This document shows, piece after piece, positions 1-6,780 of a DNA stretch of 39,590 nt. The translations under genes and the position numbers were made by a program. A model generated the notes under the pieces. The model was given only the letters and a program-made list of their open reading frames with translations, did no database searches and was not told the origin of the DNA. Each line of letters starts with the position of its first letter. Position 1 is the stretch's first letter. Origin of the DNA: a virus; the IMG/VR virus record IMGVR_UViG_3300045988_011202, positions 1 through 39,590 of that record. The stretch is one strand, 5' to 3'.

Positions 1-26
1 CACCCGATGCGGCGGCGTTGCCACTC
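1..26. repeat. 26-nt direct terminal repeat (1..26 identical to 39565..39590). It is the overlap of a circular or terminally redundant genome.
   Basis: The prefix cacccgatgcggcggcgttgccactc equals the last 26 nt. The wrap-around gene is in frame only when the overlap is collapsed (419+301=720 nt; uncollapsed 746 nt is not divisible by 3). Confidence 0.85.
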
Positions 27-119
27 TCACCCGATGCGGCGGCGTTGCCCCTCCAGCCCGATGCGGCGGCGTTGCCCCTCCAGCCCGATGCGGCGGCGTT
101 GCCACTCCAGCCCGATGCG
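1..119 (-). repeat. 27-nt in-frame tandem repeat (NNNcccgatgcggcggcgttgccNctc). It continues at 39525..39590 and encodes 9-aa SGNAAASGW-type repeats.
   Basis: Units read directly at 1-26 (partial), 27-53, 54-80, 81-107 and 108-119 (partial), plus 39537-39563 and 39564-39590. Confidence 0.9.
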
Positions 120-445
120 TTTTCCTCGGTTGCGCTCTCGCACTTGTCAAACACAAACCGCACACCGGCGTTGATAACGCCTTTCAGACCGATTTCTGCG
201 CCGATCTTGATATGTTTGCCGCAAACCTTGCTGTCATCGCCGTTGCGTTCGCCGTTGTCGTCCACATCAACCTCGCAGTACCGGCTATCTGTCGGCCCAT
301 AGTAGCGGAATGTGTCCAGCGGGTTTTCACAGGCGTGGAAACCTTTTTTACACAGTTTTGCGCTTCCCTCCTCGTACTCCTTACCTACCTCGTACTGGAA
401 TTCTCTGCATTTCAGGTATTTATCAAACCCCTTGTATGCCTTCAT
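1..445 (-). CDS. N-terminal part of a wrap-around gene: DUF7666-like phage protein with 9-aa repeats (the C-terminal part is 39290..39590)
   Basis: Minus-strand ATG at 443-445 lies 8 nt after AGGAGG. Hand translation gives MKAYKGFDKYLKCREFQYEVGKEYEEGSAKLCKKGFHACENPLDTFRYYGP...ASGWSGNAAASGWRGNAAASG, running off position 1. The family name is from memory of similar phage proteins. Confidence 0.8.
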   Translation of the reverse strand, partial: MKAYKGFDKYLKCREFQYEVGKEYEEGSAKLCKKGFHACENPLDTFRYYGPTDSRYCEVDVDDNGERNGDDSKVCGKHIKIGAEIGLKGVINAGVRFVFDKCESATEENASGWSGNAAASGWRGNAAASGWRGNAAASGESGNAAASG

Positions 446-464
446 CGCCTTTTCCTCCTGTTAT

Positions 465-563
465 TTACTTGCCTGGTCTATCCAGCTTGTCCAACAGCTT
501 CACGAACATCCACGCCACCGTAGCCGCGCCGATGATGACCAGCGTCAATGTGTAACCGTCCAT
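465..563 (-). CDS. 32-aa single-pass membrane mini-protein (hypothetical)
   Basis: Hand-translated as MDGYTLTLVIIGAATVAWMFVKLLDKLDRPGK. It is packed tightly between its neighbours and is below the ORF-track size cutoff. Confidence 0.35.
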   Translation of the reverse strand: MDGYTLTLVIIGAATVAWMFVKLLDKLDRPGK

Positions 564-565
564 GT

Positions 566-763
566 TTACTCCTCCCGCTCCGCAATCCACGCATCCAGCT
601 TCTTTTTAAAAATCTGAAATACCCGGCTGCGGTCGGTGCGGATGCACACGCCGAAGGGGTACACGCCCTGCTCCAGGCCGTCGGCCAGAGTGTCAGAACA
701 AAGGCTCAAGCCTTTATCTCTAAGATACTTCGATGCCTGGTGAAGCGTCATGGTTTCGATCAT
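566..763 (-). CDS. small HTH DNA-binding protein, excisionase-like
   Basis: 65 aa. The start overlaps the upstream stop (ATGA). TLHQASKYL...PFGVCI...VFQIFKKKLDAWI resembles the excisionase/MerR-type HTH of small phage proteins. Confidence 0.6.
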   Translation of the reverse strand: MIETMTLHQASKYLRDKGLSLCSDTLADGLEQGVYPFGVCIRTDRSRVFQIFKKKLDAWIAEREE

Positions 764-954
764 TTGTCATCCTCCTTCTTCAACAGCTCGTCCACCGTGC
801 AGCCGTACAGCTCGGCGATCTCCGGCAAGCGGCTGGCCCTCGGTGCCTGCGTGCCGGTCTCCCACATGTAAACCGCCGCATCCGTCACCTTTAGTTTCTC
901 GATGACCTGCCGGACACTTAGCCCAGCGGCCAACCGAGCGCTGCGAAAACTCAT
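760..954 (-). CDS. XRE-family HTH regulator (Cro-like), first gene of the minus-strand early operon
   Basis: 64 aa. AGLSVRQVIEKLKVTDAAVYMWETG...IAELYGCTVDELL is a typical HTH_3 sequence. The gene is divergent from the CI-like gene. Confidence 0.85.
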   Translation of the reverse strand: MSFRSARLAAGLSVRQVIEKLKVTDAAVYMWETGTQAPRASRLPEIAELYGCTVDELLKKEDDK

Positions 955-1049
955 TCTGTCACCTCCAGTTTGATTCTTGCTTAGTTTTTAAGGTTGAATA
1001 CGGGTGTTACGGCATCAGGGCGGCTTTCCCTCTCCGCAATCAACAAAAA

Positions 1050-1088
1050 CTAAGTTTTACTTGACAACTTAGCAAACTGTGGTATTAT
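1050..1088 (+). promoter_or_regulatory. sigma70-type promoter of the repressor operon, with an operator-like inverted repeat
   Basis: TTGACA (1061-1066), 16-nt spacer, TGg-TATTAT (extended -10, 1080-1088). The inverted repeat CTAAGTT-N9-AACTTAG (1050-1072) brackets the -35. Confidence 0.6.
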
Positions 1089-1251
1089 GGAAGTGCCAAC
1101 AACCCTTAATATTTTCCGCAGTCCGCTAAGTGCAGGGGGCTTGGTTTTGTATTGCCTCCCGCCGATTCTTATTATAACTAATTAGAAGTTATAAGTCAAC
1201 CACTTTCTATTAGTTTTTATTAGTTTTGGTGAACTGCACAATATCCACGAG

Positions 1252-1620
1252 GTGCAAATGGACGCTATAGACAAAATAAACTTTTACTTGAGCAAAAAGG
1301 GCAAAAATGGAGCCGATTTAAGCCGCGCATTAGGGCTATCAAATAGCATTTATAGCCAATGGAATACGCGGAAAACTAAGCCGTCAAATGTTCGCCTTCC
1401 CGCTATTGCCGAATATCTCGGTGTCTCCGTAGAGGACATTATGCCGGACGATGTAGCCGCCCCCGCAGCTTCGGAGGGCGCAAAAAAAGCCCCCGATCCG
1501 GAGATCGAGGGCGTAATGGAAGATGAAGATTTGAAAGAAGCTGTCGAGCTTTTGAAAAAAATGGATAAGGAAACCCTGCGGATTTTTATCAAAGCCGCCC
1601 GCGGGGCTTTGGAGAATTAA
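1252..1620 (+). CDS. XRE-family HTH repressor (CI-like, no S24 peptidase domain)
   Basis: 122 aa. GADLSRALGLSNSIYSQWNTRKTKP...IAEYLGVSVEDIM is an HTH_3 sequence. The likelier start is ATG 1258, which lies after GAGG. Confidence 0.85.
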   Translation: MQMDAIDKINFYLSKKGKNGADLSRALGLSNSIYSQWNTRKTKPSNVRLPAIAEYLGVSVEDIMPDDVAAPAASEGAKKAPDPEIEGVMEDEDLKEAVELLKKMDKETLRIFIKAARGALEN

Positions 1621-1622
1621 TT

Positions 1623-2000
1623 ATGAGTATTTCGTGGGGTGAAATCGGCGTTTCCGCCTTTTCTGTTTTGGCATCCGCCGGAGTGTCTGTCTACATTTCT
1701 AAGCGGACAGCAAAAGCAGAAATCGAAAAGCTGAAAGCAATATGGGCGCACGAGAAAGAGGCCGCTTGCGATTCCGATTTTGATGCGATGGTTGCCGCCG
1801 TTTCCTTATATGCAAAGTATCCGTCTCCCGCAAACTTTCAGTCCGCTACCAACGCCGTCGGCATTTATCGCGCAAAAGCCACGGGAGAAGCGGCGGAAAA
1901 GGTTGACGAACTCAGCCGTTTAATCGTGAGGGAATGCCCAAATTGCGCAGCAGTATCCGACCAGCTGCAAGCCGTAATTGAGTGCAAGCGTAAAGCGTAG
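1623..2000 (+). CDS. N-terminally membrane-anchored protein co-transcribed with the repressor (possible superinfection exclusion)
   Basis: 125 aa with hydrophobic helix GEIGVSAFSVLASAGVSVYIS. The gene starts 2 nt after the repressor stop. Confidence 0.6.
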   Translation: MSISWGEIGVSAFSVLASAGVSVYISKRTAKAEIEKLKAIWAHEKEAACDSDFDAMVAAVSLYAKYPSPANFQSATNAVGIYRAKATGEAAEKVDELSRLIVRECPNCAAVSDQLQAVIECKRKA

Positions 2001-2002
2001 CT

Positions 2003-2179
2003 TTAAAAGGTCGCCTTGCCCTGCTCTCCCTCTTTCCAAAACATATCAAGTTCACCGGAAAAAAGATTCCTGGCAATTTTGTAAAGCTCACTGATGGCTG
2101 TTTCGCGGTCAACGCCGTCCAGCTCAAGGCCGATTTCGCGCTCGTAGCCGTTTTCTTTACTGATAGCCCAAATTTTCAT
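2003..2179 (-). CDS. hypothetical 58-aa protein
   Basis: Hand-translated as MKIWAISKENGYEREIGLELDGVDRETAISELYKIARNLFSGELDMFWKEGEQGKATF. Its start overlaps the stop of the upstream small ORF (ATGA). Confidence 0.4.
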   Translation of the reverse strand: MKIWAISKENGYEREIGLELDGVDRETAISELYKIARNLFSGELDMFWKEGEQGKATF

Positions 2180-2346
2180 TTTATCGCCTCCATAATTTTA
2201 TCAAACTGATTGCGGGTCATTTTACTCGCCAAAGAAATCGCCTCAGAAAGTAACGCAATATGCTCTGGATTCTTTATTATATCACATTTATTTCCCGTTT
2301 CACAGCTTAAAAATTCCATCTTTATACTTTTCTGCTTCCAATCCAC
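2176..2346 (-). CDS. hypothetical 56-aa protein
   Basis: GTG start 7 nt after AGGAGA. Translation is VDWKQKSIKMEFLSCETGNKCDIIKNPEHIALLSEAISLASKMTRNQFDKIMEAIK. Confidence 0.35.
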   Translation of the reverse strand: MDWKQKSIKMEFLSCETGNKCDIIKNPEHIALLSEAISLASKMTRNQFDKIMEAIK

Positions 2347-2467
2347 ATTATTTCTCCTTTCGGTTTATCTACCTATAGTCAAAATATGGCATTTGTTGCA
2401 CAGTTTAGGGCAACAAGGCGAAAAATTTTAGGGGAAGTGTTTGCTGTGATGATATTATGTGATTTAT

Positions 2468-2504
2468 CCCCACCGCCCCCGCACCGGACGGTGGGGATTT
2501 TTTG
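2468..2504 (+). terminator. rho-independent terminator (+ strand)
   Basis: CCCCACCG / CGGTGGGG stem (2468-2475 / 2489-2496) followed by ATTTTTTG. Confidence 0.6.
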
Positions 2505-2650
2505 CCGCCTATCGCCGTCACCGGCTCCTGGCCGCATACCCACGGTATCAGTTTGTTGTTTGGCAAGTCAATCCAAAAACCGGATAATATCCGATTAGCC
2601 GATAAAAACAAGCAGAGAGGTTTGCCCGAAATAAGGCAGGAGGGGAAGAA

Positions 2651-3307
2651 ATGGAAAAAACTTTACAGGATATTTGCAGAGAGGCAAAGGAGTACCAGCA
2701 TCTTACCACGCAAGACTTAGCCGATTTAACAGATCTGTCATCGTCCACGATCAGCAATTACTTTTCTGCATCGTCAAAGGATCCAAGCCTATACAAAATG
2801 GGGCTTATATGCGCCGCCCTCGGTGTGTCTATAGATGAGTATTTTGGTATCGTAAAGAGACCAACCACGGAGGAGCAGCTGGCAGAGGCACATAGAGCAA
2901 TGGCCGATGCAGATGCAAAGCATAGCGCAGCCCTACGCATTGCGCACTTGGAGGGCGGCATGGAGCAACTGACCGGATCAGTGGCAAAGCATGAAAAAAA
3001 GGAGCGCGTATTGCAAATTTGGGTGTATATCCTGGCGTTTTCGCTGTCGATTTCCGTATCCATAATATTTGGATATTTGGCGTTTGACTCAAGCGTCCCC
3101 CACACGGGGCTTATCCGCAACGGGCAGATTACATCACTCGGCTGGATGCTATTTGCGCTGCTTGCAGTAGGCGTCGGTGTAATCATTGCTGCGCTGATAA
3201 ATGCACTGCGATATTACAGGCACCATCAAACCGATAAAAATATAGGGCAGGAGGATAAAAATGGGAAAAGCAATGAGGAGGGCCAACGGAACCGGGACAG
3301 TGTATAA
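2651..3307 (+). CDS. membrane-tethered XRE-family HTH protein (HTH, coiled coil, 2 TM helices)
   Basis: 218 aa with RBS GGAGGGG. The HTH is LTTQDLADLTDLSSSTISNYF...AALGVSIDEYF. The TM helices are VLQIWVYILAFSLSISVSIIFGYLAF and LGWMLFALLAVGVGVIIAALINAL. Confidence 0.75.
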   Translation: MEKTLQDICREAKEYQHLTTQDLADLTDLSSSTISNYFSASSKDPSLYKMGLICAALGVSIDEYFGIVKRPTTEEQLAEAHRAMADADAKHSAALRIAHLEGGMEQLTGSVAKHEKKERVLQIWVYILAFSLSISVSIIFGYLAFDSSVPHTGLIRNGQITSLGWMLFALLAVGVGVIIAALINALRYYRHHQTDKNIGQEDKNGKSNEEGQRNRDSV

Positions 3308-4262
3308 GCTCGCCGGCCGCCGCCGCAGGCCTTGGGTGGCCGCAAAGCAAAAAATTATTATAGGATATTACCCCACCAAAAAAGATGCTATAGCGGCGCT
3401 GGAACGTCTTGCAGGCAAGGATTTAACGGAGCGGTACAACATGACCTTTGCCCAGGTGTTCGACGCTTGGAAAGAGGAGCATTACAAAAAAATAGGGCCA
3501 AACGGTATAGAGGGCTATGATGGCGCATTTAAAATTTTTGCGCCGCTGCATGAGCGGAAGTTCCGAGACTTAAAAACGGCGGATTTCCAGGGCGTGCTGG
3601 ATGCCCACATGCATAAATCCCACAGCACTGTGTCCAAGTATAAGCAACTCATAACGCAGATGTCCACATGGGCCATGCGTGAGGAGATCATCACAACAAA
3701 TTTTGCAAAATTCGCCCAGCTACCGGAAAACATAAAGAAAGAAAAAGAAACATTTACCGATGTAGAAATAAGCAAGCTGGAGGCGGACGGCAGCGACACC
3801 GCAAAAATTATCCTCATGCTGATTTACACAGGCATGCGCATAGGGGAATTGTTTTCCCTCCCGACTAAAGACTATCACAAAGATTATGTGATCGGCGGCG
3901 AAAAGACGAAAGCCGGGCGGAACAGGATCATCCCCATCCGCCCTGAAGGGCTCCCATACTTTGCCTATTTTGCAAATAAGGCCACCGGCCCGCTGCTCAT
4001 ATCCGGCTATGCTGGGGAAAAAATCCCAGCAAACTTCCGCCGCCGGGATTATTACCCGCTTTTGGAGAAATTAAAAATCCAGCGCAAAACGCCGCACTCC
4101 ACCCGGCACACCTATGCGAGCTGGGCGAGAAAAGCGGGGATTGCTCCAGAGATGCTGCAGAGGATCATCGGCCACGCCAACTACTCCACTACCGCAAATA
4201 TATACGTCCATACGTCAGCGGAGGAATTGGTGCAGGCCGTTAAAAAGGCGAAAATTTGTTAG
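3261..4262 (+). CDS. int: tyrosine site-specific integrase
   Basis: 333 aa with AGGAGG 7 nt upstream. Catalytic signature: GMRIGEL..., HSTRHTYASW, GHANYSTTANIYVH (R-H-R-H-Y). Confidence 0.95.
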   Translation: MGKAMRRANGTGTVYKLAGRRRRPWVAAKQKIIIGYYPTKKDAIAALERLAGKDLTERYNMTFAQVFDAWKEEHYKKIGPNGIEGYDGAFKIFAPLHERKFRDLKTADFQGVLDAHMHKSHSTVSKYKQLITQMSTWAMREEIITTNFAKFAQLPENIKKEKETFTDVEISKLEADGSDTAKIILMLIYTGMRIGELFSLPTKDYHKDYVIGGEKTKAGRNRIIPIRPEGLPYFAYFANKATGPLLISGYAGEKIPANFRRRDYYPLLEKLKIQRKTPHSTRHTYASWARKAGIAPEMLQRIIGHANYSTTANIYVHTSAEELVQAVKKAKIC

Positions 4263-4400
4263 TAGTTTGTTAGTTACCGACGGGAGCCAAGGCAAGCCTG
4301 TGCAGAATTACTCGGTGAAAAGTTGCAAAATCGCAACAAATATTGTTATTCTTATTAACTTTTGTGCCTATATATTCAAAACGATTATAATTCACTCGCA

Positions 4401-4435
4401 GGAGGTCACTGGTTCGAGTCCAGCAGTCTCCACCA
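4401..4435 (+). other. attP core candidate: 3' fragment of a tRNA gene (variable loop, T-arm, acceptor 3' strand, CCA)
   Basis: The sequence is ggaggtc-actgg-TTCGAGT-ccagc-agtctcc-a-cca. No matching 5' half (GGAGACT, D-arm) lies upstream. It sits immediately downstream of int. Confidence 0.7.
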
Positions 4436-4440
4436 AAAAA

Positions 4441-4479
4441 GTCCAGGAATCTCAAGGGTTCCCGGACTTTTTATTTTTG
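4441..4479 (+). terminator. rho-independent terminator after the tRNA fragment
   Basis: GTCCAGG...CCCGGAC stem followed by TTTTTATTTTT. Confidence 0.6.
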
Positions 4480-4519
4480 CCAAGATTAACTTTGTTAGTA
4501 ATGTGTTAGTAGTAGCGAT

Positions 4520-4843
4520 TTAGGTTAGTTTTTTTAGGACGCTGTTATAGGCTTTCTCATTGACGATTTTTAGGGTGTCCATAAGCTCGTCCATGACTTC
4601 CCACGCCCTATCCTGTGCCACATTCCCGACCGCTTTCAAAAATTCACTGCCGGAGGGGTTTATTGTCTTGGCCGGCGCGGGCTCTGCAGAATACAGCATT
4701 GGGGGAGCTTTCGCCTGCAGTTGCTCCCCGCCGTGCTCGTTACGGATAATGTAGAGCGCCGCCAGTTTCTCATAATTGGGCCAGCTTGATTCTTCTGTTT
4801 CCAGCCGTGCGATCCATAGTTTCAGCTCGGTTTCATCGATCAT
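4520..4843 (-). CDS. cargo operon gene H, hypothetical (107 aa)
   Basis: Start MIDETELKLWIARLE lies after a GGGGGA RBS. The longer ORF-track start (4912) would overlap gene G. Confidence 0.7.
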   Translation of the reverse strand: MIDETELKLWIARLETEESSWPNYEKLAALYIIRNEHGGEQLQAKAPPMLYSAEPAPAKTINPSGSEFLKAVGNVAQDRAWEVMDELMDTLKIVNEKAYNSVLKKLT

Positions 4844-4856
4844 GGGGAATCCCCCT

Positions 4857-5234
4857 TTAATTCTCCATAAGGCTGACAGCGCGGCGCAGGGCCTCCCTGA
4901 CGCGCTCGTCATCCGTTTCCCGCATCATGTCGTTTAGCTGGGTGCGCAGATGCTCCGCGCCATCCGCGCGGCTGTAATGTCCGCGCACATAGTGCGAGCC
5001 GCGCCGCGCGTAGGAACTGCCCCGGCCATAGGCGCCGCGCATATCCGCTTCCCAATCACCGCCGCCAGAATAGCCGTCTGATTCCATCATGTCAATTTTA
5101 TCTATGTTCTTGATGGTTGCTGTCAGTTTGTGGGCAATTTCCAGGTCGCCCGCACCCAATTCGCCTTTTCGGGCCAGTTCGTCCAGCTCCTTGCAGAGCA
5201 TATCCCGCAGTTCATACATAGATTTCATACCCAT
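4857..5234 (-). CDS. cargo operon gene G, hypothetical protein with a central G/R/Y/S-rich disordered segment
   Basis: 125 aa with RBS AAAGGAGAA. Helical ends flank DGYSGGGDWEADMRGAYGRGSSYARRGSHYVRGHYSR. Confidence 0.75.
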   Translation of the reverse strand: MGMKSMYELRDMLCKELDELARKGELGAGDLEIAHKLTATIKNIDKIDMMESDGYSGGGDWEADMRGAYGRGSSYARRGSHYVRGHYSRADGAEHLRTQLNDMMRETDDERVREALRRAVSLMEN

Positions 5235-5248
5235 TGTGTTCTCCTTTC

Positions 5249-5671
5249 TCAGCTCACACGGTCGATGGTCAGGTTGCTATTGGCAAAGCTGACCGCCTCC
5301 GCGCTGGTGTTCTTCGCTGCCACAGTCACGCAGCAACCACGCGGCACTTCCACGATGGCGCTGACGTAGACGTTAAAATAGTTTTCCACCGCAGCCGGGG
5401 TGACGGTCGCCGTTGCTCCGTTGAGTGCTTCGCCGTTGACGGCAAGCGCCGTGGTGATCGCGCCTACCGTGCCGCCCGTGGGGACGGCGATGTTCGCGCC
5501 AAAGCTCACCTTAAAGCGCGCCTTACACTGCTGCGTCAATCCGCGCAGGGTGACAAGTCCACTGCCCTCGCGGTGGACGATGCAGGGCTTGCCGCAAGCC
5601 GCAGTGGATACCATCGGAATATTCTGGCCAGCAAGGACGGTCACGATTCCGGGATTTACATATTCAGCCAT
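5249..5671 (-). CDS. cargo operon gene F, C1q/TNF-like (BclA C-terminal-domain-like) beta-sandwich protein
   Basis: 140 aa. The alternating beta pattern GQNIPMV...LVTLRG...FKVSFGANIAV...ALAVNGEALNG...VSAIVEV...VTVAAKNTS...SNLTIDRVS recalls BclA-CTD-type domains (from memory). Confidence 0.6.
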   Translation of the reverse strand: MAEYVNPGIVTVLAGQNIPMVSTAACGKPCIVHREGSGLVTLRGLTQQCKARFKVSFGANIAVPTGGTVGAITTALAVNGEALNGATATVTPAAVENYFNVYVSAIVEVPRGCCVTVAAKNTSAEAVSFANSNLTIDRVS

Positions 5672-5696
5672 AATTTCAGTCCTTTCATAAAATACA

Positions 5697-5720
5697 GCGG
5701 CAGGGCTATTGCCCCGCCGC
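5697..5720 (-). terminator. possible intra-operon terminator or attenuator hairpin between cargo genes E and F
   Basis: Minus-sense GCGGCGGGGC-AAUA-GCCCUGCCGC followed by UGUAUUUUAU. Confidence 0.3.
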
Positions 5721-5788
5721 CTTTGTTTATAGTATCGGCATGGGGCCGACCATTTCCCAACATAGGGAAAAGCTACGCTATGCAGTTG

Positions 5789-6505
5789 TCAGCAGCCGCA
5801 ACCGGCAAACTGGTTGCAGCAATAAGGATTCTGCACCGTGTAGGCCGGAATGGGAGAGGGGCGCAGCTGCGAAACCAGATAGCTATTCTGAGCCGCCTGG
5901 CTTGCCGCCAGCTTCAAACCCTGGTTCTCGGCCTGGAGGTCAGAGAGCTTGCTCTGCGTGAGGAAGTCGAGGATTGCGCGGCTGTTGCTGTTGGCGTTGT
6001 CGATGATGTCGCGGGTCGCGTTCTGCACCGTGTTCCGGGTATCGCAAGCCTGAGCAGCCATGTCATACCGCACGCCCTCGATGCTGCGCTGGGTGTTGCA
6101 GCAGCACTCAGCGGCCTGCATTTGCATTGCAGTCAACTGCTGCATGAGAGCCGCCTGCTGGTTACTGCGGGAGAGCTCAGCCTGCGCAAAGCCGTTGGCC
6201 ATCGCCATGTTGGTGCCGTTGACAAGCTGCGCCTGCTGGTAAAAACCGTCGCAAAGGCCCTGATTTACACTGTCGATCTTGCGCTCGACATTGGCAAAAT
6301 CAGAGGTCAGCACGTAGCCGTCGACCACGCCGCCGGAATTGCCAGCGTTGTTGCCCCAGCCGTTGCCGCCCCAGCCCATTAGCACGATAAAAAACAGGAT
6401 GATCCACCAGCCATTACCGCCGCCGAAACCATCATAGCCGCCGCCCATCATGCCGGTAGGCGCAACGGGCATAATAGTGGAGGTACCACCATCAGAGAGA
6501 GCCAT
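5789..6505 (-). CDS. cargo operon gene E, Gly-rich membrane protein with a coiled coil and Cys clusters
   Basis: 238 aa. GGGYDGFGGGNGWWIILFFIVLMGWGGNGWGNNAGNSGG resembles a tiny-TM/YjcZ-like segment. It also has a Q/A/N-rich helical region, ECCCN, and a C-terminal NPYCCNQFAGCGC. Confidence 0.75.
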   Translation of the reverse strand: MALSDGGTSTIMPVAPTGMMGGGYDGFGGGNGWWIILFFIVLMGWGGNGWGNNAGNSGGVVDGYVLTSDFANVERKIDSVNQGLCDGFYQQAQLVNGTNMAMANGFAQAELSRSNQQAALMQQLTAMQMQAAECCCNTQRSIEGVRYDMAAQACDTRNTVQNATRDIIDNANSNSRAILDFLTQSKLSDLQAENQGLKLAASQAAQNSYLVSQLRPSPIPAYTVQNPYCCNQFAGCGC

Positions 6506-6540
6506 AAAATCACTCCTTTGTTTTAAAAAATTTTATCTAA

Positions 6541-6554
6541 TTCGTGGCCACGAA
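6541..6554. promoter_or_regulatory. perfect 14-bp palindrome TTCGTGGCCACGAA upstream of gene E (operator-like), next to an A/T-rich -10-like TAAAAT
   Basis: Read directly in the 53-nt D-E intergenic gap. Confidence 0.3.
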
Positions 6555-6558
6555 AAGA

Positions 6559-6780
6559 TTACCGGAACAAATTCCCAAATTGGGCCGCCATGCCCTGGAG
6601 TTGGTTTAACTGATCCTGCGAGATTTGACCGCTTTGCACAAGCCGCTCAATCTCCGCCTTGGGATCGCCTTTAAATGTCGATTTAAACTGATTAAACTGC
6701 TGTATCATCTGCGCAAAGCCGCCCATCGGGCCGGACATCCGCCCGCCGCCCAGCGCACCATAAAACGGATTACCCATCAT
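6559..6780 (-). CDS. cargo operon gene D, G/M/Q-rich 73-aa protein
   Basis: MMGNPFYGALGGGRMSGPMGGFAQMIQQFNQFK...LNQLQGMAAQFGNLFR. It overlaps the end of gene C by 11 nt. Confidence 0.65.
   Translation of the reverse strand: MMGNPFYGALGGGRMSGPMGGFAQMIQQFNQFKSTFKGDPKAEIERLVQSGQISQDQLNQLQGMAAQFGNLFR

Noticed and set aside
1-119. CRISPR array, suggested by the regular 27-nt repeats at both window ends
   Set aside because: The repeats are directly adjacent with no spacers, are in frame and encode a 9-aa peptide repeat inside a gene. No cas genes are present. The same applies to the 15-nt repeats at 26565-26615 and the 12/30-nt repeats at 36425-36530.
4270-4455. 61-aa minus-strand ORF across the att site, and the 131-aa + strand ORF 4114..4509
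   Set aside because: They run through the tRNA fragment and the terminator, or are an out-of-frame read of the int 3' end. No RBS is present.
5234-6382. 382-aa + strand ORF, the longest + strand ORF in the cargo region
   Set aside because: It is antisense to two RBS-bearing, feature-rich minus-strand genes (F and E). Its translation is R/A/G/L-rich junk typical of antisense frames in GC-rich DNA. It has no RBS and spans an intergenic gap.
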